64,000 nt of DNA from Candidatus Multivorans sp. Its GTDB lineage: Bacteria; Acidobacteriota; Thermoanaerobaculia; Multivoradales; Multivoraceae. This document shows, piece by piece, positions 43,552 to 54,385 of the stretch (positions are counted from its first letter, which is position 1; each line of letters begins with the position of its first letter). The position numbers and the translations under genes are program-made. The stretch lies in assembly GCA_965224025.1 (NCBI GenBank), contig OZ245033.1, positions 1,440,001 to 1,504,000 of the forward strand, in the 5' to 3' direction. The notes under the pieces are model-generated. The model was not told the DNA's origin, did no database searches, and worked only from the letters and a program-made list of their open reading frames with translations.

Positions 43552-46233
43552 GTGACCGCCAAGCGTCTCTTCCTGATCGACGGGTACTCCACGATCTTCC
43601 GCGCCTTCTACGCGATCCGGGGATTGTCGACGTCGTCCGGCGAGCCGACCAACGCGATCTACGGCTTCATCAACATGCTGCGCAAGCTGCTGCGGGAGGA
43701 AGAACCGCCGCTCCTCGGCATTGCGCTGGACGTGGGGCGCGCCACGGTGCGCACGGAGGCCTACGCCGAGTACAAGGCGAACCGGGCGCCGATGCCGGAG
43801 GACCTGAAGGCGCAGATGCCGGCGATCCGCCGGGCGATCGAGGCCTTCCGCATCCCGATCCTCGAACTCGAGCGCTACGAGGCGGACGACGTCCTCGGCA
43901 CTCTGGGCAACAGGGCGGAGGAAGCTGGCTACGACGTCACCATCGTCAGCGCCGACAAGGACCTGTTCCAACTCGTCAGCGACAGGGTGTCGCTGTTTCA
44001 CACGGGACGCGAGAAGACCTACGACCCCGCCCTGGTGGAGCAGGACTTCGGGGTGCCGCCCGGGCAGGTGGTCGAGGTCCTGGCGCTGGTCGGCGACAAG
44101 GTGGACAACGTGCCCGGCGTGCCGGGGATCGGCGCCAAGGGCGCGCAGACCCTGGTCAAGGAGTACGGGACGGTCGAGGCCCTGCTCGAAGCCGCGCCCG
44201 AACTCAAGCGCAAGGCGTACCGCGAAGGCTTGGCACGGCACGCGGACAAGGCCCTGTTGTCGAAGGAGCTGGTGACGATCCACACGGATCTCGATGTCCC
44301 CTTCGATCCCGAGGCACTCAAGATGGAGACCCCGGACTACGAGGCGCTGGCGGAACTGTGCCGCGAGTTCGAGTTCTGGAGCCTGCTCAAGGAGCTTGAG
44401 GGCGAGAGCGGCGGACCGGAGATCGAGCCGGCCGTCATCCTGGAGACCGTCGAGGCGTTCGGGGAGGCGGTACAGGGCCTGGGATCGCGGATCGCGGCCG
44501 GCGTCGTCTTCCGGCGCGGCGGCGAACCGGTCGGGTTGTCGTTTGCTCCGGTCGGGGACACGGCTGACGGGGACGGTGAGGGGACCGCGGGGATCGGCAG
44601 GGCCCACTATGCGGACTTCGGGCTCGCGGGGATGCGGGAGGCCGTGGCGGCCAGGCTGCGGGAATGGCTCGCCGACCCGGGCCTCGAGTTGATCGGGCAT
44701 GATCTGAAGGAGGTCGTCCGCCTCTGTCCACATGGGGACGGCCGGCCGGCGGTTGGCGCGCGCCTGGTCGACACGATGCTGATGGCCTACCTGGTCCACT
44801 CCGCCGTGCGCAGCTTCGGACTGGCGACCGTTGCCCTCGACCGCCTGTTCTACAAGGCGACGACGCCGGCGGACGCAGGTTTGGGTGAGGAGACGGCGGC
44901 CCTGGGCGAGGACACCGGGCTCGGTGTCTACGCGGCGGAGCAGGCGGTGCTTCCCGCCCTGATCCTCGAGGCGCTCGCCCCGCAGTGGCAGGAAACGCCG
45001 GGCGCGCGCGACGTCTACGACTCCATCGAGGCGCCCCTGATGCCGGTGCTGGCGGCGATGGAGGAGGAGGGCATCGAACTCGACTCCGGTGTGCTGTCCG
45101 AGATGTCGCGGCGCCTCGAACTGGACGCCGGCGACCTGGCGGAGGAGATCTTCGACATCGCCGGCGAACGGTTCAACATCCAGTCGCCGCCGCAGCTCGG
45201 CGTCGTCCTGTTCGAGAAGCTGGGCTATCCGGTGCTCGGCCGCACGCGCAAGACGAAGAAGTACTCGACCGGCGCCGAGGTCCTGGAGCAGCTCGCGCAG
45301 CGCGGCTTCGACCTGCCGGCCAGGGTGCTGCACTACCGGGAGCTGACCAAGCTCAAATCGACCTACGTCGACGCGCTGCCGCATCTGGTCGCGGCGGACG
45401 GCCGCCTGCACACCCGCTACCACCAGGCGGTGGCGGCGACCGGCCGGCTGTCCTCGCACGACCCGAACCTGCAGAACATCCCGATCCGTACCGAGATCGG
45501 GCGGAAGGTTCGCCGCGCCTTTCGCGCCCGGGACGGCTACCTGCTCCTGGTCGCCGACTACAGCCAGATCGAGCTGCGCGTGCTCGCGCATATCTCGGGC
45601 GACGAGACGCTGGTGGACATCTTCCAGCACGGCGGCGACATTCACCGCTCGACCGCTGCCACGGTGTTCGGCGTGGCGCCGGAACTGGTCACCGACGAGC
45701 AGCGGCGGGCCTCGAAGACGATCAACTTCGGGATCATCTACGGCATGAGCGCCTTCGGACTCGCGCGCGCCCTCGGCATCGCGCGCGGCGAGGCCCAGAA
45801 CTTCATCAACGCCTACTTCGAGCGGTTTCCCGGGGTTCGCACCTACACCGAGGAGACGTTGGCGAAGGCGGAGGAAGAGATGCGCGTCGAGACCCTCTAC
45901 GGCCGCGTGCGCTACCTGCCGGACATCAAGAGCCGCAACCGCGCGGTGCGCGAGAACACCCGCCGGATGGCCGTCAACGCTCGCATCCAGGGCACCGCCG
46001 CGGATCTCCTGAAGCTGGCCATGATCGCCGTCGATCGCCGGCTGCGGGCGGAACTCGAAGCCTCGCGGCTGCTCCTGACCGTCCACGACGAACTCGTGCT
46101 CGAAGCGCCCGCCGGCGCGATCTCCGAACTCACGGCTCTCGTCAGGGAAGGGATGGAAGGCGTCGCCGACCTGGCTGTGCCCCTGGTCGTCGATGTCGGC
46201 ACGGGTCCGGATTGGTACGAAGCGAAGGCCTGA
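43552..46233 (+). CDS. polA: DNA polymerase I
   Basis: LIDG..FRAFYA, YKANR, EADD, GRLSSHDPNLQNIP, DYSQIELR, NFGIIYG, TVHDEL. Confidence 0.97.
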   Translation: MTAKRLFLIDGYSTIFRAFYAIRGLSTSSGEPTNAIYGFINMLRKLLREEEPPLLGIALDVGRATVRTEAYAEYKANRAPMPEDLKAQMPAIRRAIEAFRIPILELERYEADDVLGTLGNRAEEAGYDVTIVSADKDLFQLVSDRVSLFHTGREKTYDPALVEQDFGVPPGQVVEVLALVGDKVDNVPGVPGIGAKGAQTLVKEYGTVEALLEAAPELKRKAYREGLARHADKALLSKELVTIHTDLDVPFDPEALKMETPDYEALAELCREFEFWSLLKELEGESGGPEIEPAVILETVEAFGEAVQGLGSRIAAGVVFRRGGEPVGLSFAPVGDTADGDGEGTAGIGRAHYADFGLAGMREAVAARLREWLADPGLELIGHDLKEVVRLCPHGDGRPAVGARLVDTMLMAYLVHSAVRSFGLATVALDRLFYKATTPADAGLGEETAALGEDTGLGVYAAEQAVLPALILEALAPQWQETPGARDVYDSIEAPLMPVLAAMEEEGIELDSGVLSEMSRRLELDAGDLAEEIFDIAGERFNIQSPPQLGVVLFEKLGYPVLGRTRKTKKYSTGAEVLEQLAQRGFDLPARVLHYRELTKLKSTYVDALPHLVAADGRLHTRYHQAVAATGRLSSHDPNLQNIPIRTEIGRKVRRAFRARDGYLLLVADYSQIELRVLAHISGDETLVDIFQHGGDIHRSTAATVFGVAPELVTDEQRRASKTINFGIIYGMSAFGLARALGIARGEAQNFINAYFERFPGVRTYTEETLAKAEEEMRVETLYGRVRYLPDIKSRNRAVRENTRRMAVNARIQGTAADLLKLAMIAVDRRLRAELEASRLLLTVHDELVLEAPAGAISELTALVREGMEGVADLAVPLVVDVGTGPDWYEAKA

Positions 46234-46258
46234 CCCACTGGGTGCGCCGCGCGGGTCC

Positions 46259-46670
46259 TCATTGCGCACAGAGGTCGGGTTGGCGCAGGAGCCACCGCCG
46301 GCACCTGGCGCCCTGGTTCTCCGGGTAGACCTTGCCCCTCGGCGCCCTCAGGAGCCGGGTGTCCTTGAAGTCCTCGCGCAGGTCGTGGTCGCGCGAGTAC
46401 AGCAGTCTTGCTCCGCTGAGCCGCGCCAAGGCCACAACGTGCTCGTCGTTCGAACTGCACGATCCATGGGCCTTCAGCGTCGCCGCCTCCCGATCCACCT
46501 CGTCGTCCGCAACGTTCCGGGCGCGGCCCCGCAACAGGGCTTGCCGCAGCCAGGACTTGAACAGGTCGTTGCTCGACAGTTCCCTGCGCAGCAGGCCGCC
46601 GACAGCCAGGCGACCCCTGCCGGAATCGATCCAGCGCCGGAACTCCCGCGCTCCGGGCGGAGCATCGCCC
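46259..46670 (-). pseudogene. PIN-like domain protein lacking its 5' end
   Basis: SNDEHVVALARLSGARLLYSRDHDL PIN-type motifs. The first acidic strand is missing, and the sequence is fused to an ATPase remnant. Confidence 0.6.
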
Positions 46671-47684
46671 GTAGCCGACATCGGTCAGATTCCGCCACGG
46701 TCCCTTGAGACGAGAACTGCCGGACTTGCGGACCTGGAGCTGGAACGGCTCGCTGCTGGTTCTGCCGAGGCGCCGAACCCGCATCTCGTCGAAGAGGCCC
46801 GAGGCCCGACCGAAGTTCTCAAGCGCTCTGTGCAGTGCGGTTCACGTTCGCTGGCTCCGATACGAGGCGTCCGCCAGGTACATGGGAACGGCTTCGCCTT
46901 CGGGGTCGTGCGTCAACCGTGACGGATCGTAGGTGCGCCGCGGCTTGGAGCGGACGGGTGCGCTTGCGTATGGCCGATCGTGGACGCGGGAAGCAGAATC
47001 CGCTCCAGCGAGGACTCGCAGAACCTCGCGGTCTTCGGCGGACGGAGCATCCGGTCCGCGCAGACTGGTCCAGAGAGGGCTGGGCGCGCTGCCGCCGTCT
47101 CGCATCTCGGCGAATGGATTTTCGGAGAAGTGAATGAGTTGAAAGAGGCCCCAGGGAAATAGGGTGTGCGTCTCATCGAAGGGACGGCCGAGGAGCGAGC
47201 TCGGCAGGCCGCAGCGCCAGGTTCCGTTCGGCGTGCCGACGGTGCCCTCGGCGCCTCCGAGGTCGACTTCGATGGACGCGTCTCCGTGGCGGACGCGTTT
47301 CCTCGTGAGAGTGGGTTGGTTGCGGTCCCGAGAGAACGTGAAGTCGAAGGAACGGTCGGCCCGCGCGTCGGAAGGCCGTTCTCGTGTCGCTGGTGGCGTG
47401 CCCGTGAAGCCGGCCTCGAACATCGTCGCCCGGCCGCCCCTGGCGCCCCGGTGATGCGCGATCTCGTCGAAGCTGCCGAGGTCGTACGGATCTTCCTTGA
47501 AGTCGGGCAGTTCGTGCCGGTAGCCGAGGTCCCAGAGCGCCCGGATCAGTGCCAGGAAGGACGTCTTGCCCGTGCTGTTCTCGCCGACGAGCAGAGTCAG
47601 CGGGCCGAGCCGAGCCTTCTGCTCGTCCCGGAAGCAGCGGAAGTTCCGGAGTCTGATCTCGTTCATCGAGGCTCGCACGATCAC
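46668..47684 (-). pseudogene. AAA_15/AAA_21 (AbiEii/OLD-like) ABC ATPase with internal stop and 3' truncation
   Basis: IRLRNFRCF, LVGENSTGKTS. TGA at 46842-46844 is followed in frame by FGRASGLFDE..RNLTDVGYG, after which the sequence ends before Walker B. Confidence 0.8.
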
Positions 47685-47700
47685 AGGGCCGTCGCGGCCG

Positions 47701-48762
47701 CTAGACCGCGCTCGTAACCGCCGGAATCACCTGCTCGCCGTAGGCCGCGAGCGTGCCCTCCTTGTCGTCGTGCATCAGGTAGACGGCGAAGTGGTCGACG
47801 CCCAGAGACTTGAGCTCCCGCAGCTTCTCGATGTGGGCCTCCGCGGGGCCGAGGACGCACAGCCGGTCGACGATGCCGTCGGGCACGAACTCGGTGTCGG
47901 GGTTGCCGCTGCGGCCGTGGTGGGAGTAGTCGTACCCTTGCCGCTGGCGGATGTACTCGGCGAGCACCCGCGGCACCCTAGAGTCGTCTTCGCCGTAGCG
48001 CATCACCAAGTCGTGGATGTGGTTGCCGACCATGCCGCCGAACCAACGCAACTGGTCGCGCTGGTGCGCCAGATCCTCGCCCACGTAGGCCGGAGCGACC
48101 ACGCACACCGTGATCGCGTCCGGGTCGCGGCCCTCGTCCTCGGCCGCGTCCCGAACGGCCTGCAGCGTCCACTCCAGGATCTTCGGGTCGGCGAGTTGCA
48201 GCACGAAGCCGTCGGCGTGACGCCCGACTACATCGAGCGCCTTCGGACCGTAGGCCGCGACCCAGATCGGCAGTTCCGAGCCGGCGTCGCTCCGCCACGG
48301 GATGCTGACCGACGTGCCATTGCATTCCGCCTCCCGGCCCGCGAACAGCGCCCGCATCACGTCCATCGCGTCGACCATCGCGGACAGGGGCGCCGGCTTG
48401 CGGCCGATGTAGCGCAGCGCCGAATCGCCCCGGCCCATGGCGCAGGTCGTGCGCCCGGGGTACATCGAGTCGAGCGTGGCGAACAGCGATGCCAGCACCG
48501 TGGGATCGCGGGTGCCGGGGTTCGTCACCATCGGCCCGGCGGTCATGCGCTCGGTGCTCGCCAGGATCTGCGAGAAGATGACGAACGGCTCCGGCCACAG
48601 CACATGGGAGTCGAAGAGCCAGCAGTGGTCGAACCCGCGCGCCTCCGCGACGGTCGCGAGCTCGACGACGCGCGAGATCGGCGGGTCGGGCTGGAGGACC
48701 ACGCCGAAGGACATTCGATTCGCGTCCGCTGCAGCCCCCTTGGCCTCGTTCGACTCGTTCAT
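47701..48762 (-). CDS. LLM-class (probably F420-dependent) oxidoreductase, TIGR03842-like
   Basis: FGVVLQPDPP, WLFDSHVLW, VTNPGTRD, GRGDSA, AAYGPKAL, WFGGMVGNH. Confidence 0.85.
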   Translation of the reverse strand: MNESNEAKGAAADANRMSFGVVLQPDPPISRVVELATVAEARGFDHCWLFDSHVLWPEPFVIFSQILASTERMTAGPMVTNPGTRDPTVLASLFATLDSMYPGRTTCAMGRGDSALRYIGRKPAPLSAMVDAMDVMRALFAGREAECNGTSVSIPWRSDAGSELPIWVAAYGPKALDVVGRHADGFVLQLADPKILEWTLQAVRDAAEDEGRDPDAITVCVVAPAYVGEDLAHQRDQLRWFGGMVGNHIHDLVMRYGEDDSRVPRVLAEYIRQRQGYDYSHHGRSGNPDTEFVPDGIVDRLCVLGPAEAHIEKLRELKSLGVDHFAVYLMHDDKEGTLAAYGEQVIPAVTSAV

Positions 48763-48850
48763 CGTCCAAGGCTAGCAGCGACTGCCCAGCGACCGCGGAC
48801 CGCAAGGACGGCCGGGCGGGAGATCCTGGTGTGGGTCGGTTGCCGCGAAC

Positions 48851-48888
48851 GAGACATCGTTGACATCAACTGGCGCGCTCCGTACGGT
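48851..48888 (+). promoter_or_regulatory. Sigma-70-type promoter TTGACA-N17-TACGGT upstream of ald, sharing 18/19 nt with the vapBC promoter
   Basis: GAGACATCGTTGACATCAA vs GAGACATCATTGACATCAA at 50195-50213. Confidence 0.65.
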
Positions 48889-48962
48889 TCGCCTGCTTCG
48901 ATGGCCTGCGGTGGAGGAACCCGCTCGCCTCCGAAGGCCGGACGATTGACCGGGCGAAGTGA
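48888..48962 (+). pseudogene. Remnant of a vapC 3' end
   Basis: Translates FACFDGLRWRNPLASEG..RAK*, matching the VapC C-terminus FARFDGLRLRNPLAADG..RA* at 50901-50972. Confidence 0.8.
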
Positions 48963-48969
48963 GGACGCG

Positions 48970-50085
48970 ATGAGAATCGGCATTCCGACGGAGATCAAGC
49001 TGGACGAGCACCGGGTGGCGATCACGCCGTCCGGCGTGGCGGCGCTCACGGCGCGGGGCCACGAGGTGGCGATTCAGGCGGGCGCCGGCGTCGGCAGCGC
49101 GATCCCGGACCGCGCCTTCGAGGCCGCCGGCGCTCTGGTAGTCGAGAGCGCGGACGCTGTATGGGAGCGCTCCGAGATGATCCTGAAGGTCAAGGAGCCG
49201 CTCGAACCGGAGTTCGAGCGCATGCGGCGGGGGCAGATCCTCTTCACCTATCTGCACCTGGCGGCGTCGAAGGAGTTAACCGCGCAGTTGCTCGAACGGC
49301 GGGTGGTGGGCATCGGCTACGAGACGGTACAGCTCGCCGACGGCGCGCTGCCGCTCCTGGCGCCGATGTCGGAGGTCGCCGGCCGCCTCTCGATTCAGGC
49401 CGGCGCCGCGTCGCTCGAGCGGCTGGCGGGCGGCAAAGGCCTCCTGCTGCCCGGCGTCTCCGGCGTGCGCCGCGGACGGGTCACGATCATCGGCGCGGGT
49501 GTCGTGGGGCTGAATGCCTGTGTGGTCGGCGTCGGCTTCGGCGCCGACGTCACGATCCTCGACATCGATCCCCGGCGGCTGAGCTATGTGCGCGACGTGG
49601 TCCAGGGCCACGTGACGACGCTGATGTCGAACGACGCGAACATCGAGGGCGCGGTGGCTTCGGCCGATCTCGTAGTGTGCTCCGTGCTGATCCCCGGTGC
49701 CCGCACGCCGCGTCTGGTCACCCGCGCCCACCTCGCGCGGATGGAGCGGGGGTCGGCGTTGGTGGACGTGGCGGTCGACCAGGGCGGTTGCGCCGAGACA
49801 AGCCGGCCGACCACCCACCGCGATCCGCGCTACGTTGAAGAAGGGGTGATCCACTACTGCGTCTCGAACATGCCCGGCGCCGTCCCCCACACCTCGACCT
49901 ACGCGCTGACCAACGCGACGATGACCTACGCCCTGGAGATCGCCGACCGCGGCTGGCGAGGGGCGGCGAAACGCGACCCGGCCCTCGCCGGCGGCGTCAA
50001 CGTCGTCGACGGGCAGGTGACGCACCAGGCGGTTGCCGCCGCCCACGGCCTCGACTGGATGCAACTCGCGGACGTGAGCGGCTGA
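48970..50085 (+). CDS. ald: Alanine dehydrogenase
   Basis: [54 protein letters not shown]. Confidence 0.96.
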   Translation: MRIGIPTEIKLDEHRVAITPSGVAALTARGHEVAIQAGAGVGSAIPDRAFEAAGALVVESADAVWERSEMILKVKEPLEPEFERMRRGQILFTYLHLAASKELTAQLLERRVVGIGYETVQLADGALPLLAPMSEVAGRLSIQAGAASLERLAGGKGLLLPGVSGVRRGRVTIIGAGVVGLNACVVGVGFGADVTILDIDPRRLSYVRDVVQGHVTTLMSNDANIEGAVASADLVVCSVLIPGARTPRLVTRAHLARMERGSALVDVAVDQGGCAETSRPTTHRDPRYVEEGVIHYCVSNMPGAVPHTSTYALTNATMTYALEIADRGWRGAAKRDPALAGGVNVVDGQVTHQAVAAAHGLDWMQLADVSG

Positions 50086-50097
50086 CAAGGGGCCGGC

Positions 50098-50115
50098 AGC
50101 GACCGGCCGGTCGCT
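50098..50115. repeat. Perfect 18-bp palindrome downstream of ald (REP-like or terminator-like hairpin)
   Basis: AGCGACCGGCCGGTCGCT. Confidence 0.6.
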
Positions 50116-50194
50116 CTCGGTGTCAAGCGCACTGGCAGCCCGTGGTGGAAGTCCGTGTAGCACCAAGGATGTTCGGCGGCAATCAGGGCGCGCA

Positions 50195-50241
50195 GAGACA
50201 TCATTGACATCAAACGAGACGGTCTCTATGATGCTGTGATG
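50195..50241 (+). promoter_or_regulatory. vapBC promoter TTGACA-N17-TATGAT with flanking CATCA/TGATG operator repeats; leaderless
   Basis: TTGACA 50204-50209, TATGAT 50227-50232, ATG 6 nt later. Two CATCA on the left are mirrored by two TGATG on the right. Confidence 0.8.
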
Positions 50242-50520
50242 CGGACGACGCTGACGATCGACGAAGACATCGCGGCCCGGATCGAAGAACGCCGCCGGCG
50301 GGATGGGCGGTCGCTCAAACAGATCGTCAACACGCTATTGCGCGAGGGGCTTCGCGGTGAGGGACGGCCACGGTCGAAGCCGTACCGCACGAGGCCGCAC
50401 GAACTCTGCCTCCGCCCCGGTTTCGACGGCGCGCGGCTCAACCAGCTCGTCGACGAGTTGGAGACCGATGAGCGTTTGGCGAGCGAGGCCCGGCTACGTT
50501 CGCGCCGTCCGCGTCGATGA
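50239..50520 (+). CDS. vapB: VapB-type RHH antitoxin
   Basis: MRTTLTIDED..SLKQIVNTLLREGL; ATGA-coupled to the PIN toxin. Confidence 0.88.
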   Translation: MRTTLTIDEDIAARIEERRRRDGRSLKQIVNTLLREGLRGEGRPRSKPYRTRPHELCLRPGFDGARLNQLVDELETDERLASEARLRSRRPRR

Positions 50521-50972
50521 TCGTGCCGGACGTCAACCTGCTGGTGTACTCCGTGGATGCGGCGAGTCCGTTCCACGTAGGGGCGCGTCGTTGGTGGGAT
50601 GGAGTGCTCTCCTCCGATTCGGAGGTCGGGCTGTGCTATCCGAGCATTCTCGGGTTCCTGCGAATGACGACGAATCGGCGCGTGTTCGAGTCGCCCCTGG
50701 CCATCGTGGATGGGCTGAACCGGGTTCAGACTTGGCTGGATCAGCCGAACACGGTGTTGCTGGCGCCGACGGACCGTCACTGGCCGGTCCTCTTCGGGCT
50801 CCTGGAGGCGGCGAATGTCGGCGCGAACCTGACGACCGACGCTCATATCGCCGCGTACGCGATCGAACATGCCGGCACTGTCTACTCGAACGACGGCGAC
50901 TTCGCCCGTTTCGACGGCCTGCGATTGAGGAACCCGTTGGCCGCCGACGGCTCGGCTGCCGGGCGGGCGTAG
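50517..50972 (+). CDS. vapC: VapC PIN-domain ribonuclease toxin
   Basis: MIVPDVNLLVY, NLTTDAHIAAYAIEH, SNDGDFARF. Confidence 0.92.
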   Translation: MIVPDVNLLVYSVDAASPFHVGARRWWDGVLSSDSEVGLCYPSILGFLRMTTNRRVFESPLAIVDGLNRVQTWLDQPNTVLLAPTDRHWPVLFGLLEAANVGANLTTDAHIAAYAIEHAGTVYSNDGDFARFDGLRLRNPLAADGSAAGRA

Positions 50973-50976
50973 CGAA

Positions 50977-51010
50977 GGGCGAAGTGCGGGCCGGCATTCC
51001 GACTGAGATC
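50977..51010 (+). pseudogene. Remnant of the ald 5' end
   Basis: GGGCGAAGTG matches 48952-48961. CGGCATTCCGACTGAGATC matches 48978-48996 at 18/19 (GIPTEI). Confidence 0.75.
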
Positions 51011-51021
51011 CCAACTTCGCG

Positions 51022-52997
51022 CTACCGCCGCGGCCGCAGCACCATTCGCCGGTCACCCTCGCGCCGCGTCAGCCGCTGGCGGTCCAGGTGCTCCAGCAAC
51101 GGGATCGCCCATTTCCGGGTGAGGCCGAAGCGGTCCTTGAACTCGGTGACCGTGAACGTGTCCCAGCCGGTGGCGAGCAGGTCGCCCTGGAACTGCTCCA
51201 GGGCGCTGGCGGCCAGGATCAGGCCGTTCGGCAGCCGGGTCAGCCTGCCGCGCTCGACGAGGTAGCGGAGCACGCCGTCGAAGACCTGGGGTTTGGCGCC
51301 GATGCTGCGGCAGAGCTCCTCGGGGGACCCCGGGGTGAGTCCCTGCTTCTCGAATCCCTCGACGATGCTTTGCGCGAGCTTCGACTCGACGTCGGTCAGT
51401 TCGGCGGCGCGGCCGGGCAGGGTGACGAGTTCGCCTTCGACGGCTACCGCCTTGTCCGAACCGCCCTGACCGGCCCAGTTGAGGTAGGCGGGGGCGAGGT
51501 CGGCGGCATGCGTGCCGAGCAGCCGCCGCACCAGTTCGGCCTTGGGCATGCCGCGGGACAGGCGGTCGGCGGCGAAGTGCGCCTCGACCAGTCGGCGGGC
51601 GCTGCGGGAGACGTTGCGGACGGTGGCCGCGGAGACGAACCGTTCGGGTCCCGCCTCAAGCAGCAGGCCGTCCTGGGCGGCGCCGGTCAGCACGCTCGCG
51701 GCGTCGCCGCGGACGACCCCCAGGCGCACGCGAGTTCGGTGGCTGCAAGGCCCGCCTCCCGGCCGTCCGCCGCCCACTGCACGGCGGCCTCGCTGGCGCC
51801 CGCGGTCAGGGCGTCGATCGTCGTTCCGAGAGCCTTGCCGCGGCGGTGGCGCCAGGCCGGGTCCAGCACCTCGCCGCCGCCGAGTGTGGTTTGGGGCGAC
51901 GGCCGCCGGATCACGAAGCGGTCGCCGCGAACTGCCACCAGCGGTTCCTCCAGGCGGATCTCCGCCACCGCCTCCCCGCCCGGTTCCAGGCGTTCCACCC
52001 GTGCGCCCGATGACGGGCGCACGGACTGGTTCACGGGTGACGCGGATCGCGCCACCCGGGTTCCGGGCGCCAGCGGCCGGAGCTTGCCGACCCGCTGCGC
52101 GGCCATGACGTGCAGGCGGACGGAGCAGCTCCCCTCGATCGCCTCGGGCGCCGACGCCAGGAGGCGGCAGCGTACGAGCAGCGAAGTCGAGGCGCGGTAG
52201 ACGCCGGGTGTTGTCAGCTCGTGGCCTCGGGCGACGTCTTCCAGGCCGACGCCGACCAGTTGCAACGAGGTGCGTTCGCCGGCCTCCGCCCGTTCGCGGC
52301 CCTCGCCATGGACTTCGATGCCGCGCACCCGGGCGCGGCCGCCGCCGGGCAGGATGTCCAACTCGTCGCCGGTCGTGACGGTTCCCCTGGCCAGCGTGCC
52401 GGTGACCAGTACGCCGAGCCCCTTCAGGTGGAAGGCGCGGTCGATCGGCAGGCGGGCGGGTAGCCCGCTGTGGCGGTCGATCGGCGCCGCCTCGCCGGCG
52501 AGCCGGACCAGGGTCTCGCGAAGCTGGTCCAGCCCGGCGCCGGTCTCGGACGAGACGGGCAGGATGGGCGCTTCGGCGAACGGAGTGTCGGCGAGCGTTT
52601 CCTCGAGTTCCAACTGCGCCAGCTCCAGCAGATCGGGAGGCACCAGGTCCGTCTTCGAGAGCACCGCGACACCGGCCGGAATCCGGAGCAGCGAGCAGAT
52701 CGCGAGGTGTTCCAGGGTCTGGGGCATGACGCCTTCGTCGGCCGCCACGACCAGGACCATCATCTGGATTCCACCCAGTCCCGCGAGTGCGTTACGCACG
52801 AACCGTTCGTGTCCGGGCACGTCGACGAAGCCGATCTGCCAGCCGTTCTCGATCATCGACGCGAAGCCGAGATCGATGGTGATGCCGCGCCGTTTCTCTT
52901 CCTCCCAACGGTCGCAGTCGACCCCGGTCAGGGCCTGGACGAGGCGGGTCTTGCCGTGGTCGACGTGGCCGGCGGTGCCGACGACGAACCGCTTCAC
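51022..52997 (-). CDS. selB: Selenocysteine-specific elongation factor, with a frameshift near 51730 and an in-frame 23-aa repeat insertion
   Basis: GTAGHVDHGKT, EEKRRGITIDLGF, DVPGHERF, GVMPQTLEH. Winged-helix FKDRFGLTRKWAIPLLEHLD lies in the second frame. Confidence 0.93.
51996..52064. repeat. Family A element inserted in-frame in selB
   Basis: Aligns end to end with 15379-15446. Encodes GTRVARSASPVNQSVRPSSGARV and is flanked by GGAAC on both sides on the coding strand. Confidence 0.9.
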
Positions 52998-53007
52998 GGC
53001 GTCGGCT

Positions 53008-54375
<1,368 letters not shown>

Positions 54376-54385
54376 GGTGCGTTGT

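Noticed and set aside
46842-46844. In-frame TGA in the ATPase read as selenocysteine, given selB nearby
   Set aside because: The position is not a Cys-type catalytic site, and the gene is also truncated downstream. A TGG-to-TGA nonsense change is simpler.
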